64,000 nt of DNA from Fistulifera solaris (GCA_030295235.1 AP026133.1:806001-870000); one strand, 5' to 3'; shown: positions 1 through 12,784, numbered from the stretch's first letter. Notes: a model not told the origin generated them from the letters alone. Program-made: numbers and translations.

Positions 1-781
1 AGGGTAACTTAATATAAAGATTTATAGAAAGACACATAGAAATTCTGTTGAAGTACGAAATCGCGAAGGCTGAGAGCCGAGACTACTACTATAAAGTAGA
101 TTAGAGGAGTTCCAAGTTCCAACTTCCAATTTTCAAGAAAGAAGGGATGAAGAACGAGCACGATCGTATTCTGAGGTCTGAGAGGTCAGAGGTCTGATCT
201 GAGACTGGACCTGAGAACTGAGAATGCTCACTTCACTCTCAACTTCATATTGGTTGCAACTTGCATCAATGTCTGACGGTTAAATAGAAATAATGAAAAA
301 TACAACTGACTTAACGACGTTGGATTTGTTGAAAAAATGAGTTCGCATTTTGACCTTCGAATTTTTGCTCATGTTGATCGAGTCGTCTCGAATATGATTT
401 TTCAATTCCGACTAACGTCTGATAACAAAAAGACCTTTCTCTGTACGTATAGTCTGGATTTTAAGAAGTGGAAGGAAGCATCCCTTTCTCCGGCTGTTGT
501 TGGCCGTTGGTCCAAATGGCACCTGGAAGAAGACTCATCGCGACAAGAGTCTTCTTTCGTCATCCAATGGGGAATGCAAGGCAGAAATAGAGTGATGGTA
601 AACTAAAATAAGTTCTCCACCTTCACTAAAATGACAACTATCAGGAATTAAGTTCGAAAAGACAATTTAAGCAGTAAAGCTTCACTAGTTAGTTATCTGT
701 CGAGCATAATTTAGTAAAGATGAAAAGCTTTGAGCCACTGTGGGACATTCCTAGCAATTAGCCGACAACAAGGATACGGCA

Positions 782-1660
782 TCACTGAAACATATATCCG
801 GATATAGCAAAGTTTCCATCTCCAGCCTGTTGGTCGTATATGATTCGAGGGGATCCTCCAGCGGCTGCCGTAACCAACAATGGCAAAGATGCTCTTCTCG
901 TGGATGCGCGAAACGAGCCGATGGAGCATTTTTCCAGTCGCGTAACTTTTCCATCGGGTTCGTCATTACCGCGTCCTTCAGCCAGTTGTTGAAATCGTTG
1001 GATTTCTTATACGATGCCTCGTCTGGATTTCGCATCGCATCGAAATTGTGGAACGCAAAACCTGAGCCCAGCAGCAGTACGCCTAACATATGATGACAGG
1101 GTGAGTTTCTTGAGAACTGACGAAATTATTCACTTTTCAAATCATGACGTACCTTGGTCTTGTAGTGGAGCCAATGCATTGCCGAGTGCGAGGTGAATAT
1201 CGGGAGATAACGAGCTGTGCAAAGACACACAAACCACGGGAATATCGGCTTCCGGATACATGAGCATGAGAGGAACAAAAGCGCCATGATCAAACCCACG
1301 CTTCGCATCCAGTTGGCTTTCAATACCCTTTTCCGAAAGAAGATTTTGAATTTGTCGAGCTAGCTCTGGATTTCCGGGTGCTGGGTATTTGAATTGATAC
1401 GTTTCGGGCGGAAACCCATAATAATCAAAATACATGCTCGGCTTGGCAGAGGACGTGATCGCGATTGGGTTGGCTTCGTGGTGTGCGGAAATTACCACGA
1501 TCGCACGCGGCTTTTCGGTAATATATTCTGTAACACTTTGTTGCAAGTGATGGGCGATCATGGGCTGTCGCCCCATCAGAGGCATGGGTCCACCGCCGTG
1601 ATTCACAAATAGGGCAGGCATTCTCATCATTGGTTCATTTAATGAGCAGACTTCTGACAT
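782..1660 (-). CDS. LigB-family extradiol ring-cleavage dioxygenase (DODA/YgiD-like)
   Basis: Motifs HGGGPMP, VISAH, YFDYYGFP, RGFDHG..VPL..MYP and HPREEH. GT-AG intron 1083-1152 joins QDQG|VLLLGSG. One frameshift at the A-run near 885 restores HLLPLLVTAAAGG..AISGYMFQ* with the stop at 782. Confidence 0.9.
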
Positions 1661-2075
1661 GATACAGCGGTATCGGCAATAACTGAAATAACAAGCAGCT
1701 TTTTCGTTTGATGTTTCGAACGTTTTCGCAGGTTTTTCCGGCCGCACTTCCAATCGCATCCGACGTGTTCTAGCATTCGTTATTCGATGTCATAGTATAA
1801 GTGCCGGTAAGGCATAGAATCCGTTTCGTGAATACGTAGTAGGAACAGTTTACTTCACACGCTAGTGTACAAAATCTCCTCCACAAAAGTTCACACTTGC
1901 TCGACACATTCCTATTGCCGCTGTGAAGGGTAAATAACCGATGATTCACACATCAACCAAATGAATGCTTTCACCAAACGATCTTTTGCAAGTCACTGAA
2001 CCGAATGGCTTATAAAATTATGCTGCTCGTTGCAACCACTCATCACTTGCAACACAATTGAAATATACAACGACA

Positions 2076-3591
2076 ATGACCGGTCCTCTTCTCGAGCTCA
2101 TTCCCAAGGAGAACATGACGCCGCGGCAAAAGGCGCTCCTCCCGGCTATCTACAGAGGCAGACTCCCCATGTACAAGCTGTTGCGGGAACCTGCACATCT
2201 GGATGAGTTCGACTGGGAGAATAATTAAAACGTGATGCTTTGGTTCGAAAACGGATCGTTCCTTTGTTGGTTTGGGGCAGCTTTTTTCTTCGAGGAGCAC
2301 GACTACTGCTTCATGATCTCAGATATGGACGAATCTAACAAGTATTTTCTCGAGTGCGCGGTTCATGGCGAATCGGAAGCCAAGATTCTAGAAACAGTCA
2401 CGTTCCTGTGGTCACTCCAGCAACTCTGGAAGAAAGTAGGACACGGTTGGCCGTTTCGGAGTCATCGGTAGACGACACGGATTATGCTTTTGATTTTGCT
2501 TCTCTTCAACCGGAGCAGATCGCCCGTATCCTTGACGCGAATCCGTCGCGCCGAATCTTCTTCAATCAAGGACTCTGGAGTCCGGAGCAAGCCGTCGTTC
2601 TGGCGTCGCGCCCGAATACTACGGATCTGTACATTATTGACGGCTACTTTGAAACTGTCGCATTTGCATTCAAAGACGACGGGACTGCCTTTGTAAATGA
2701 GTTGGAAAAGCGAAAGTCTTCCTTCGGTACTCTTTGCATTGACGTGGACGAAGACAAGTTTCCCTTTAGCCGCGCAAGCTTTCAAACGTCTGTTTGAACT
2801 AGATGTAATCGACAAGCTCGAAATCGGTACTCGACAAGGAATTAGTGCTACTACCCTTCTCCGCAAAGGCCAAAACTCTATCCTACAAAATTCGCTCCGA
2901 CTCTATGCAGCCAACAGAGTTCGAACCTCTTGAAATTGTACCCATAGATCTTCATATCAAAATCTACGTGAATGCCGCGGACAAGGAATGGGATGCGCTT
3001 CCGGTTGCATTCCTGAATCGAGTGACTGCACTTGGTAACTTCGAGAAACTGTCCTTTCTAATCTTTCGAAGGGGTCAGAGAAGGCAGCGGTTCCATGCCA
3101 AGAATGTGGAACAAGTCGCTAAAGCATTACTTCGTGTCATTAATGCAAATCCGAACTTTACAGTATCTGAATGTGGGTGCCACCATCTATGAAGACCCAA
3201 AGAGTTGCCTTCATTGGGACGTGCAGCCTCTTTTCAATGCCGTTGCAGCACACCAGGGCATCAAGACGCTGATCGTGGGAGACTATCCGCCGGGCAATAA
3301 TCCAGCAAACTATTCCTTGCTCGAAGAATTGCTCTCGCGCAACCGAAATCTTGTTGTTCTGGATCGTAAATGCAATAGGATCTCGAATGGAACAAGCGTC
3401 GACAAGCTGTACGCACTGAACGCCTTTTACAATGGATCGGCTGCACTTGGCAAGAGACGGCAACCCTGCGTCAATCGCTGGTAGCGACGACACTGGTTGA
3501 AAGCGCATCGCGCAACTACCAGTACACTTCTTTGTTGCTGTCAAAGTATACAGATCTCCTCTATGATTTGATTCAAGGTTTAGCAGACTGA
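2076..3591 (+). pseudogene. Lineage-expanded hypothetical family, copy 1 (interrupted)
   Basis: ATG 2076 reads MTGPLLELIPKE..YKLLREPAHLDE, then an in-frame TAA at 2226-2228, then ORF pieces at 2232, 2354, 2845 and 3095 in shifting frames. Collinear similarity to the 5557-6985 gene (e.g. DKLYALNAFYNGSAAL vs EKVYSLNRFYRGSASL). Confidence 0.7.
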
Positions 3592-4189
3592 GATGCTTGA
3601 TGATGTCTCGCGAACCGACCGAACGCAAAACCGAAAGACGCGGACAGGAAAAGAGAGTGCATAAAACAATACCTCATATTATATAATATATTTGAGCGAT
3701 CAATCTTCAATATTTCTAAAGAGTGAAGGTTTACATTCAATATAAATCCTTGCCATTAGCCGTCGGACGTACAAATTACGACTATTTCCCGCTTGGCGAG
3801 GCAGCGGTATTGTAATACGCCCACGCGGCTTTCAAAACCTTTGAATTCCGAGCCTTGTGCCGTGAAGCGCGCGGTAGTGAGAGATGGCACCCGTTTTGTG
3901 TCAATGATTCAGCACCTTCTGAACGGTGATGTCTTCAATTTAAACTGCTTCCTCAGTAGCAACACCGAGTTTCGTGTATTGCATTAAGTTTTCCAGATAT
4001 CAGCAACGCCCTCTCAACCTGCTATAAAGGCTTTATGCGGTGGGCTGGTATGCTATCCAACGCGTACAATTATTCGCGATAGATTTTTATCTCAACGAAA
4101 TGCTTCTACGTACAACCTGCTCTCATTGCTCATTCATCAGCTTTTCTGTTCGGCTTGGTATACTGCATTTTTGAACTAGATTCAAAGAT

Positions 4190-4951
4190 TCACAAGGCAT
4201 TACTCTCAATCCGTTCTTCGCAGACCACAAGTTCCAATTCGCCATTACTTGTCGGCACTTCATAAACAGCAGAAACGATTATTGTGCCGTCAAGTCTATC
4301 ACTAGGAATTCGGAGAGAATCGCCAATTAGATCCCCCGCGGCAGCTGCAGCAATTATATCGGTCTCTCCCTTTTGCGTTACCCTCTCAACAAACACCAAC
4401 ACCAAATCTGTTTGCGAAAAGGAAACATGCCAGCTTTCCCTACTTCTAGTAAACACAGGACGTTTGTCGACTGGAAAAGAATCGTGTCGTGCAGAGGCCA
4501 AATCCGAGTAAATGATTTGTTGCCACGCGTTTCGCAGCTGAAGAAGCTCCCCTACATGAGTATCAGGTAAGGGGTTTTCCTCATTGGAATTCGATTCATT
4601 CGGTTGACTATCTAAACATGCTCGAAACGCATCAAATGATTTCGCACAGTCTTCGGTAATCTCGTCTTCCGATCGGCCGCTATCTGCAGCTTCCTCGGTA
4701 CAGTTATACCATGCGTAGAACACCTCTTTACACGGACCTCGGCCAAATTGCTGACATAACGGACAGTCTTTTTGTTGAGATGTTGAATCATCGCTTCGCG
4801 ATCGACGCTGTTGCGTGGACTGGTGAGCGAACCAGGTTCCTGCAACAGCAAAGCGCGCCGCAAGAAGCTGATTGCGATCAAGATTCTGTGTCTTTACAGT
4901 GGCCGCAGATAGCCATCTCGTTGATTTTTCTAAACATTGCCTACTTGTCAT
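4190..4951 (-). CDS. GCK-domain (Cys helical hairpin) protein, probably mitochondrial
   Basis: Intact 253-aa ORF. CPLC..GPCKEVFYAWYNC..EDCAKSFDAFRACLD matches the GCK Cys pattern. Arg/Ser-rich N-terminus resembles a presequence. Confidence 0.75.
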   Translation of the reverse strand: MTSRQCLEKSTRWLSAATVKTQNLDRNQLLAARFAVAGTWFAHQSTQQRRSRSDDSTSQQKDCPLCQQFGRGPCKEVFYAWYNCTEEAADSGRSEDEITEDCAKSFDAFRACLDSQPNESNSNEENPLPDTHVGELLQLRNAWQQIIYSDLASARHDSFPVDKRPVFTRSRESWHVSFSQTDLVLVFVERVTQKGETDIIAAAAAGDLIGDSLRIPSDRLDGTIIVSAVYEVPTSNGELELVVCEERIESNAL

Positions 4952-5556
4952 CTTATGAAGGATTTATCGTGGTCTCGAGGGCGAACGCAACGCAAAACAA
5001 ATACTCCCAAAACACGACGACATATCCGGGTATCCCCTTTGTTTATAAATTTCCCTACGGGCCTACGTGAAATGCACGTAGACATTGGGGAACATTATTA
5101 CATCTGTTGTCTTTTTCATGCTTGGTGTTCCAACTACCAGGTAATGTCAATTCTTGCAAATCGTCTCTATGTCAGGTATGATGAGGAATGTTTTAAAATC
5201 GGATTAGTCGCTTTCGGACCCGGGAGTCGGTGAGGTTGAAATTGATGATTGTCGGGTGCTAGATCGATAAAATCCCTACTGCTTACGTGAATTTCACGTA
5301 GACATTCGCGACTACATTTCCGACGCGGGAAACGGCGTTAAAATAATCCTGCCTCGCCGTAGATGCTACGTAGAATCTTGTACTGGGAGGCAGAATTTTT
5401 AACGTCCTTTCCGTTTGCAGCTTGCTGCAGATCGCATCCACTACAAAGTATGATGCGATTTTCATCATTCCGTGATGCCCGTCCTTTGTCATTTTTATTA
5501 CCGCGCCAAAATAAAAGCAGCTATCGCTTACTTTCTAGTTCTTTGAATTTCTTGGT

Positions 5557-6985
5557 ATGGCAAAGAATCGCGACTTTGATTCCTTATTTGAAGAGGTGCC
5601 CTCGTCACCGACCTACAAATTATTGCGTAAACCAAACAGCCTGGACGAGATTTTCAAGCATAAGCGCCGAATGATTATTTGGAGGGATAACGGTACGCGC
5701 ACGTATGTATCAACACGAGCGTTCAATAATCTTCCTCCTGACGCTGGGCAACATTATGTGTCACTGACACTTGATGACGAAGGTGTCGATTTAACCATCG
5801 TCGGTAGCACGAACGATGTCATTTCACAAACGGCTGCATTCTTCATCAGCTTGATGCGACCACCGACAAACATTTCCCGCCTTGTAATCCGCAATAACTT
5901 CTATGACCACCACCCTTTCAACTTTAGTGCTGCTGATTCTCGGTGCTTGGTGGACTTGTTCGAGGCACTTCCATCTCTTCAATTGACGATTCAAAATCTT
6001 ACACTAAGCGCAGCACAATCAAATGTTTTAGCAACCAGATTGCATCCCATAGCGATGACCATTTGTGACGGCAACTTTGCAGATGGAGGGAATGCATTCG
6101 TCAGTGCGCTACAAAGCCGCGAATCGGCATTCGGTTCGCTAACCTTTGAGTGTGACGGACGGGATTTCATAGACATAGCTGATGATATCTTCAAGCGTTT
6201 GCTGGAAGTCGACACTATAAAGCATTTGAGTCTGCCCTACCAGTATGTCGACAAAAGTCATGAAATCATTCTTTTTCCTTTTTCGGCAAAGGCGGATTCT
6301 CTCAATTATCACATTTGGTCCGATGACTTAACCGCAGCCGATTTGAATTCCTTGGTCATTAATACTTCAAAACTTTCCCTGCGCATATGTTGCAGCGAAG
6401 AAGAAGCAAATTTTCCGACTGATCTTATTCTTGCGTTTTGGCAACGGGTCGCATCCTTGGGTCATTTTGAGGAGTTGGAAATTGAAGTGTTGAACAGAAT
6501 TGAATTACCTGATTGTGTTGTGTTGGAAATTATCAATGCTGCAGTTGCAAACAAAAGTTGAGGTTCCTTAGTTTGTGGGATTCTGACCTGGATTGGGCTC
6601 CACATTTGAGATCGCTTTTCACGGTCTGAAAGATCACCAAGAACTTCGTACCCTTCAAATACGTGTGGATGATGACGAAGCATTCGGTCACCGGTTTTCG
6701 TATTTGACTGATTTGCTGTCGCATCATAGGAACATCACAGTGGTCAACCACCGTAAAGTTCCTTATTCAGATGGCTTACTTGTGGAGAAGGTCTATTCTT
6801 TGAATCGCTTCTACAGGGGTTCGGCAAGTCTTGCCGTAAAGCCACAATTGGAGCGCCCAAAGCTAGTGGCTACAGCTTTGACGGAAAGCGCGTCGAACGA
6901 TTTACAGCGCTCTGCTCTGTTGCTCTCAAACCACCTTGATGCATTGAATGAACTAGTTCATTTTGCCCGACTAGAAGATGAGTAG
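5557..6985 (+). CDS. Lineage-expanded hypothetical family, copy 2
   Basis: 334-aa and 130-aa ORFs joined by one frameshift at the A-run near 6555. Shares YKLLR.P..LDE, F.D.G.AFV..L..R.S.FG.L, L.PFSAK, RV..LG.FE.L and ESAS....ALLLS blocks with copy 1. Confidence 0.75.
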
Positions 6986-7145
6986 GATGACAGCATTTTT
7001 CAAAAAAAAAAGGAGAAGGATTCAGCCGCCAAAAGAATTACGAATTTTATCATCATGAGAGATGCGCAGTTCTCTAGAGGTCAAGCTGACTTTTTTCCCT
7101 TTTTGAAATCTAAAAATTATACAAGATATTCTTTGATTTATATAT

Positions 7146-8839
7146 TTAACACTGTATGCTGCACTGCTCCTTTACTTCGCTTTGATTCCACCCAAAAATT
7201 GTATCGACAAGTTCCGTCGCTAATGAGTTCACCACCGGTCGTCCTCCCTTATTCAAATAAGTACTGACAGGATCGCGACTAAAGGCTACAATCATGTTAT
7301 GCCCACGAGGCCATCGTAATATTTCTTCCCCAAATAAAGGATGTGTCGATAGTGCGGCGGCAAGGTCACTCGATGAGACCACATTTCCTTTTTGTTTTAG
7401 TAAGTTAACGGGATCGCTCCGTGTCTCACCGCCCACATTTACGTCATCCTTGTCTTCCTGCTTTACAGTTTCCAACGTATCAGATTCATCTGTACTGACT
7501 GTTCTATTTTTTCGGATCAAAACGGTTGGTAGCGATATCTTCGGGACGGAAGGCAGGGGAATGCTTGGAATCATATTCCGCACATCGATGAACACTTTCT
7601 TCCACCCAAGAGAATCCAAAGATCGCGACATTTCAACGAGTTCGTCGTTTTCGTCGTCACCCACCGAGTTATTCGAGTCTTTATCGACCACGTGTTGAGC
7701 AAGAGTATGTAAAGTTGCAATGACAAGCCCATTGTCATCGACTACTAGTTTGTCGGCATCATCGCCGTCTTGTACGAAATGATGCGGGTAAGAGGAGGAT
7801 TCTGATAGAAAAGCAGCCGTTCTTACTGGCACTGGAAAATCGGTGGCGTATGCATTCGCGTAAGCAATTCGTTTGCGAAATGCTCGGAGTGGTCGCAAGA
7901 ATTCGTCCGTTGTGGCCATGCGCTTCAGCAAATCGTTCACCCGGAATAGATCTCTGCCTGTTTCACCCAAAGCATGAGCAACGCCAATTTCTGCCGTGCG
8001 AGGAATGGGAAAAAATGTATGACCGGCAATACCGAGATGAGGCGTTGCGGTGGTGCAGAACACGTTTAAATGCAAAGCATATTTGCCGTCCAGAATGAGT
8101 ACGGAGGACGTACTATCCTGTGGGTCACACCATGCGCTTAACTTGGCGATAGCATAACGAGAGTAGATTCCTCCAAGACTGTTACCTATTATTGATATTG
8201 TAACGTTCTGTAGATTGTCGGGCGAAGCGAAAGGACGTCTCTTGCTCATTTCTTCGCGTATTGTTGTAATCATCTCTTCGACCAGTCGCTCTCCACCGTT
8301 CGCCACACCGTCATCTGTTTTCCGCTCATTGCAGACTACCGCATGAACTACGAGTTCGTGTACGGCACACTCGAGTTCCGCGGCCCGTTCCTCTGCCGTC
8401 AAATTACTCAATCGTTTGATCCTTTCTCTTTTTCGTTTCCTGTTGACTTCTTTGGCCACACGTTCCATTTTATGCTGCAAATAACTCAAATCGCGCGAAT
8501 ATCCGCGATGTCCGTGTACGAGAAAGCAAAATGTGTGACCGTCGGTCTTTGTTCGGGAGAAGAAAACTCACTGCTTTCAGAGAAATCACTTTCATCTTCG
8601 TCATCCTCGCCCATGGAAGCATATACATCATCCTCGTCGTTCTCGTCAACTTCGTCCGCCAACGAAAATGGCGGAGCCAGATCCTTCCACCAATCCTCAC
8701 TACTCAATGTAGAACTCCGTAATATCGAAACACGTTGTTGTGATTTCGTCAGAACGAATTGCGAAAACCAGGTCATGCCGTTGACACTGTGACTGGGTAA
8801 AAACCCCATATACAATCCCAACAGCAATAGAAACACCAT
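7146..8839 (-). CDS. DUF676 alpha/beta-hydrolase (putative lipase or serine esterase)
   Basis: Nucleophile elbow IGNSLGG, TATPHLG and RIAYANA. A frameshift near 8528 joins the hydrophobic N-terminus (MVFLLLLG) to LVHGHRGYSRDL. Start codon uncertain. Confidence 0.85.
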
Positions 8840-9434
8840 GATGACGATATTGTTGGCACACAAGGCGTTGATAGAGTCGGTTTGGTACCAACTCAACAGG
8901 AAAGTGTCCATAAATATGTAGATCGAAGGAGAGGAGACCGTATGCTCAAAGTCGTTATTTTCTGTTATTGTCTTTTCTTTCGTAACAATAATAATACCTT
9001 CAACGATTTGCTGCAATTACGGGGCGAAGACGATAGATGGAAATACTAGGAAATGATGTAAAGCAAACGTAAGTTAAGAAGAATGACAATTTAAAAACGA
9101 TTGCAGAGTTTGCTTTCCGGCTTACTCGTTTGGGACCGTTGAGGTTTGATGAGATGTACCAGGTATTCTGACGAGAAAAAAAAATCGACAGAAATCGAAC
9201 TCGGCGATAATTTTCGACTGTATGAAACGAACAGCATTTTCAGACGCGTTCCGACAAAATTCTGACACGTTCCACATAAGTGAGTCATGTCACGTTACGG
9301 AACCAACGACAGACCGCACGCACATCATTTTGGCGTTGCCACCAATCGGCTCTTTATTGTTATCGCTTCTTTAAATTCACAATAACCCTTTTATCAACGA
9401 AATAAATCAACTGATAACACAGAACTTCACCAAC

Positions 9435-10920
9435 ATGGGATCCGGATTGTCGAAACACGAAGACGAAATGAAATCGCCCTCGGCAAAGAATGTAACGGCG
9501 GAAGATGCCAATCGTATCACCACAAATCTAGCGGACGATGACGAGGAAAGCAAATGCCCCATGAAATTAAGTGATGGATCTTATCGTTATGATTGGGGAG
9601 CTTTGTTTCGAAAAGATTTTCCTCATGGTCCGAATGGGAGTCGTCCGATTACACCATCCGAACCAGTCACACAAACGACGACGACGACGACGACGACGAC
9701 TCAAGAGAATGCGACATCGGGCTGTCCTGTCAAACATCAAGAATACAATGTGTATTCACAACCTCTTGATCCTACCAACAACATGCCTAAAGTTGCGAAT
9801 CAATTACCCGCCCCGAATCAGACGAGACCGATCTCTACCAAGCGTGTGGCTAGTTCAATTCTCAAGGTACGTGAGGACATGACAGAGCTCTCTGTGTTTA
9901 CTGCTGTGACGAGAATGACTCACAGCTATCTTACTACTGGATTCAGGGAGGAGCCAAAGAAGGAACAACTTGGACGTATCCGTCTCCACAGATGTTCTAC
10001 AATGCTTTAGCACGAAAAGGAAAGCTAAGTGAAGAGAACGAAGAGGAGGAAATGATGGAAACGGTGGTGGCTTTGCACAATGACATGAACGAAAAGTCGT
10101 GGAAGAAAGTGTTGCAATGGGAAGCTGTAGTTTTCGACAAAGACGAAGATGCGATCGCCAAAGAAACCAAATTACTCAAATTTCAAGGGAGACCTACCGA
10201 TTTGAGTCCTAAAGCATGGTTCAAACATTATGTCTTGGGACATCCTCTGCCTTTTGATCGACACGATTGGGTTGTATTGCGTCCCGATGGTAGCACCGTG
10301 CGATACATTTTGGACTATTACTACAACGAACCAGACGAGTCAAATAGCAACCCGTCAAGCTGCGGCCCTTCTTCGCAGACGTTGTTGGTCGACGTCCGCC
10401 CCGCTCTGGATGGTATTGCTCCATTATGGCATCGCTGTGCCTTCATGCCATGGGCTCGGCATATCTCGCAATCTACTTCATTTACTCCGTTACCCATGTT
10501 ACCGACAAGTGGTCTGAAATCACAAGTCAGTGAATCTGTACAGGTTTGGCAAAGCATTCAGGCTTCGGTGGCGCAATCCAAATCGGGCCAGCCTGTTGGG
10601 AATACGATTGCGCCCATTGGCGAACAAGAAGCACGAAAGCTGATCGAAGATTTTTCCACAGCCACGCAAAATGCCAGAAACAACGCGCTGCACTGAATCA
10701 GTGTGCTTCCGAAGGAGATTGCACTCGCGCTACGATGGATTTAACAATTGGGATGGGGCAGATTCTTTGTCCGCTGCAGCATCAAACATTACTTCAGGTT
10801 TTGCAGCAGAATGACGACAGCACCATTGAAGCAGCTCTAGAACGCGTCAGTGAATGCGTCACTTTGAAGAGCCAACAGCATGCCGTGGCCAAACAACAAC
10901 ATCCCAAGCTATTTTCGTAG
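9435..10920 (+). CDS. HCCS: Holocytochrome c synthase (cytochrome c heme lyase)
   Basis: Heme-regulatory CPM and CPV motifs, WTYPSPQMFYNAL, HNDMNE.SW, PFDRHDW, RYILDYY and DVRPALD. Intron 9867-9946. Frameshift near 10670 leads into a Cys-rich tail. Confidence 0.93.
9675..9698 (+). repeat. (ACG)8 coding microsatellite encoding poly-Thr in HCCS
   Basis: Eight perfect ACG units read directly. Confidence 0.95.
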
Positions 10921-11340
10921 GGTTTGGGAGTAATAGTGTCCCAGACGCCTGCTGAAGGTGCTGAAGCAGATATTGATATCAGTTCCACTGTTGTGTCCCG
11001 TTACTACGTTTCTTCATAATTCATTCACTCCAAAGCATCGGAAATATTCCCGTATATTCATTTTTCACCCCTTTTTATTACTCTGGGGGTAGTTTCGACT
11101 CTGTCTAGTATCTTACCGGTATCGAATCAAGCAGAAGACTTAAGCAAGGAAATCGCGGGCTGCACTACAGTGTACCGAACAGCACCACAATTCCAAGATG
11201 TTCCAGGAACTCGTCTTGGATGTTCCTGGTTCCTGGCTCGGAAGCGAAAATATCCATCGGTACCACCTTTTACACCACAACAATCGTTCCTCCATCCTCA
11301 AAAATAGATAAGCCAGTCAAGCGAAACAGGAACAAAACAG

Positions 11341-12784
11341 ATGACATTAACTGTCGTGGTAGGCTCTTCCGGATCCGGAAAGACAACCTTCTTGAACGAC
11401 GTGCACAAGTCGCACAAGTGCATCTACATTCGTCAATATCACAACATCCGTCCCTACGTAACGGTTAGCAAGATCCCAAACTTTGATCCGACGCGTCTAC
11501 CGTTTTGGGATATCTATGAACGCGAAGAAACTGCTGCGACGATCAAGGCTGGTGGAACAATGGCGGGAGAATTTACGGCCGGTCTTTCTGGAGGTCAACG
11601 AAAACTCCTGCTCTTTGAATTGGTGGTCCAGCGCGTTGCTTCTCAGAGCAATCTTTTGATTGCACTAGACGAACCATTTGCAGGTGTCACTGACGATTAT
11701 GTGCCTTTCATTGTTAAGCGCTTGAATGAGTTGCGACAGAATCACGAAATTCTCTTGGTCACAAACGATCACGTCGACACACTCAAAGAAATGGCCGACA
11801 ACACCATCACCGTCAGTGCGATCGATCGCACTAAAGTCCAAGTAAACAAAATCGAGGGCGTTAGTCGAGAAAAAACCATTCTTGCCCTAGCGATTGGAGA
11901 CGCTTATGAGTACAAGGGCTCTTGGGACGATCTCCGATTCTTCCTGGACGTTGAAGTTCTTAACAACGGTGCATTACTCGGTGTGGCGATGTTCACACTT
12001 TTGTCTTCGGTCTCTTCCTTGCTACCTTCTGGGACTCCAGGGAGGAAAATGCTGCGCTTGTTCTGGTGGCAGGTGGTATTGTTGCATACTTTTGTTTGAA
12101 TCCTTACTTGTTATCGCTTGCTGACTGGCGCAACTTTATGGGCGAAGAAGCTGAAGCTCTTTTGCACGCCTCAAAAGACATGAACAATTTCCTAAAGTCT
12201 TCGTTGACCATGTTTTTGATCTTAATTGTCTCAGTTGTGCAGTTTGGAATCACGAATGCAGTGATCAATGGCCTTGAGAGTTCTTCCTTCTGGGTGGCCA
12301 TGCTGATGGATAGTGCTAGCATGACATTTCCATTCATTTGCTTCGGTCTTTATACGAAGCTTCCATTCCAGGCTGTTGAGATCATTGCTAGCATGCCCTT
12401 CTTGTTCATGATCTTCTTTTCTACAACGTTCTCACCTGGGTCTGGTGTTGCCGTGTTGAAGGAGTTGCGATACTTATTTGCACGATTCTACTTTTGGTGC
12501 ATGATCCCAGGAATTCGTGATGACATGGAAAACTGTCCCAGCACCGACGAGAAGAATCTGCTGTACATGATTTTATCGGCTTTGATCGGTGTTGTGCTCT
12601 TTTGACTGTCATGGGAGTAAGCTCATTGCTGCGTTCCAAGAAAGTCAAGAAAATGAGCTCGAAGAAAAATGCTTTGAAGGATGACGAGTTCCGTGATTTG
12701 CAGATTGAACTCTATGGTGAGAAAGCCATGGATATTCAGAGCACGAACCATTCCACAAGCTCGAAAAAGACCGAGGGTGTCTAG
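11341..12784 (+). CDS. Atypical ABC half-transporter (NBD-TMD, ABCG-like topology)
   Basis: Walker A GSSGSGKT, signature LSGGQ, Walker B IALDEP, then several hydrophobic TM segments. Frameshifts at T-runs near 12000 and 12600. Confidence 0.85.

Noticed and set aside
3760..4180. Possible gene relic between family copy 1 and the GCK gene
   Set aside because: Only short stop-interrupted frames with no recognisable motif.
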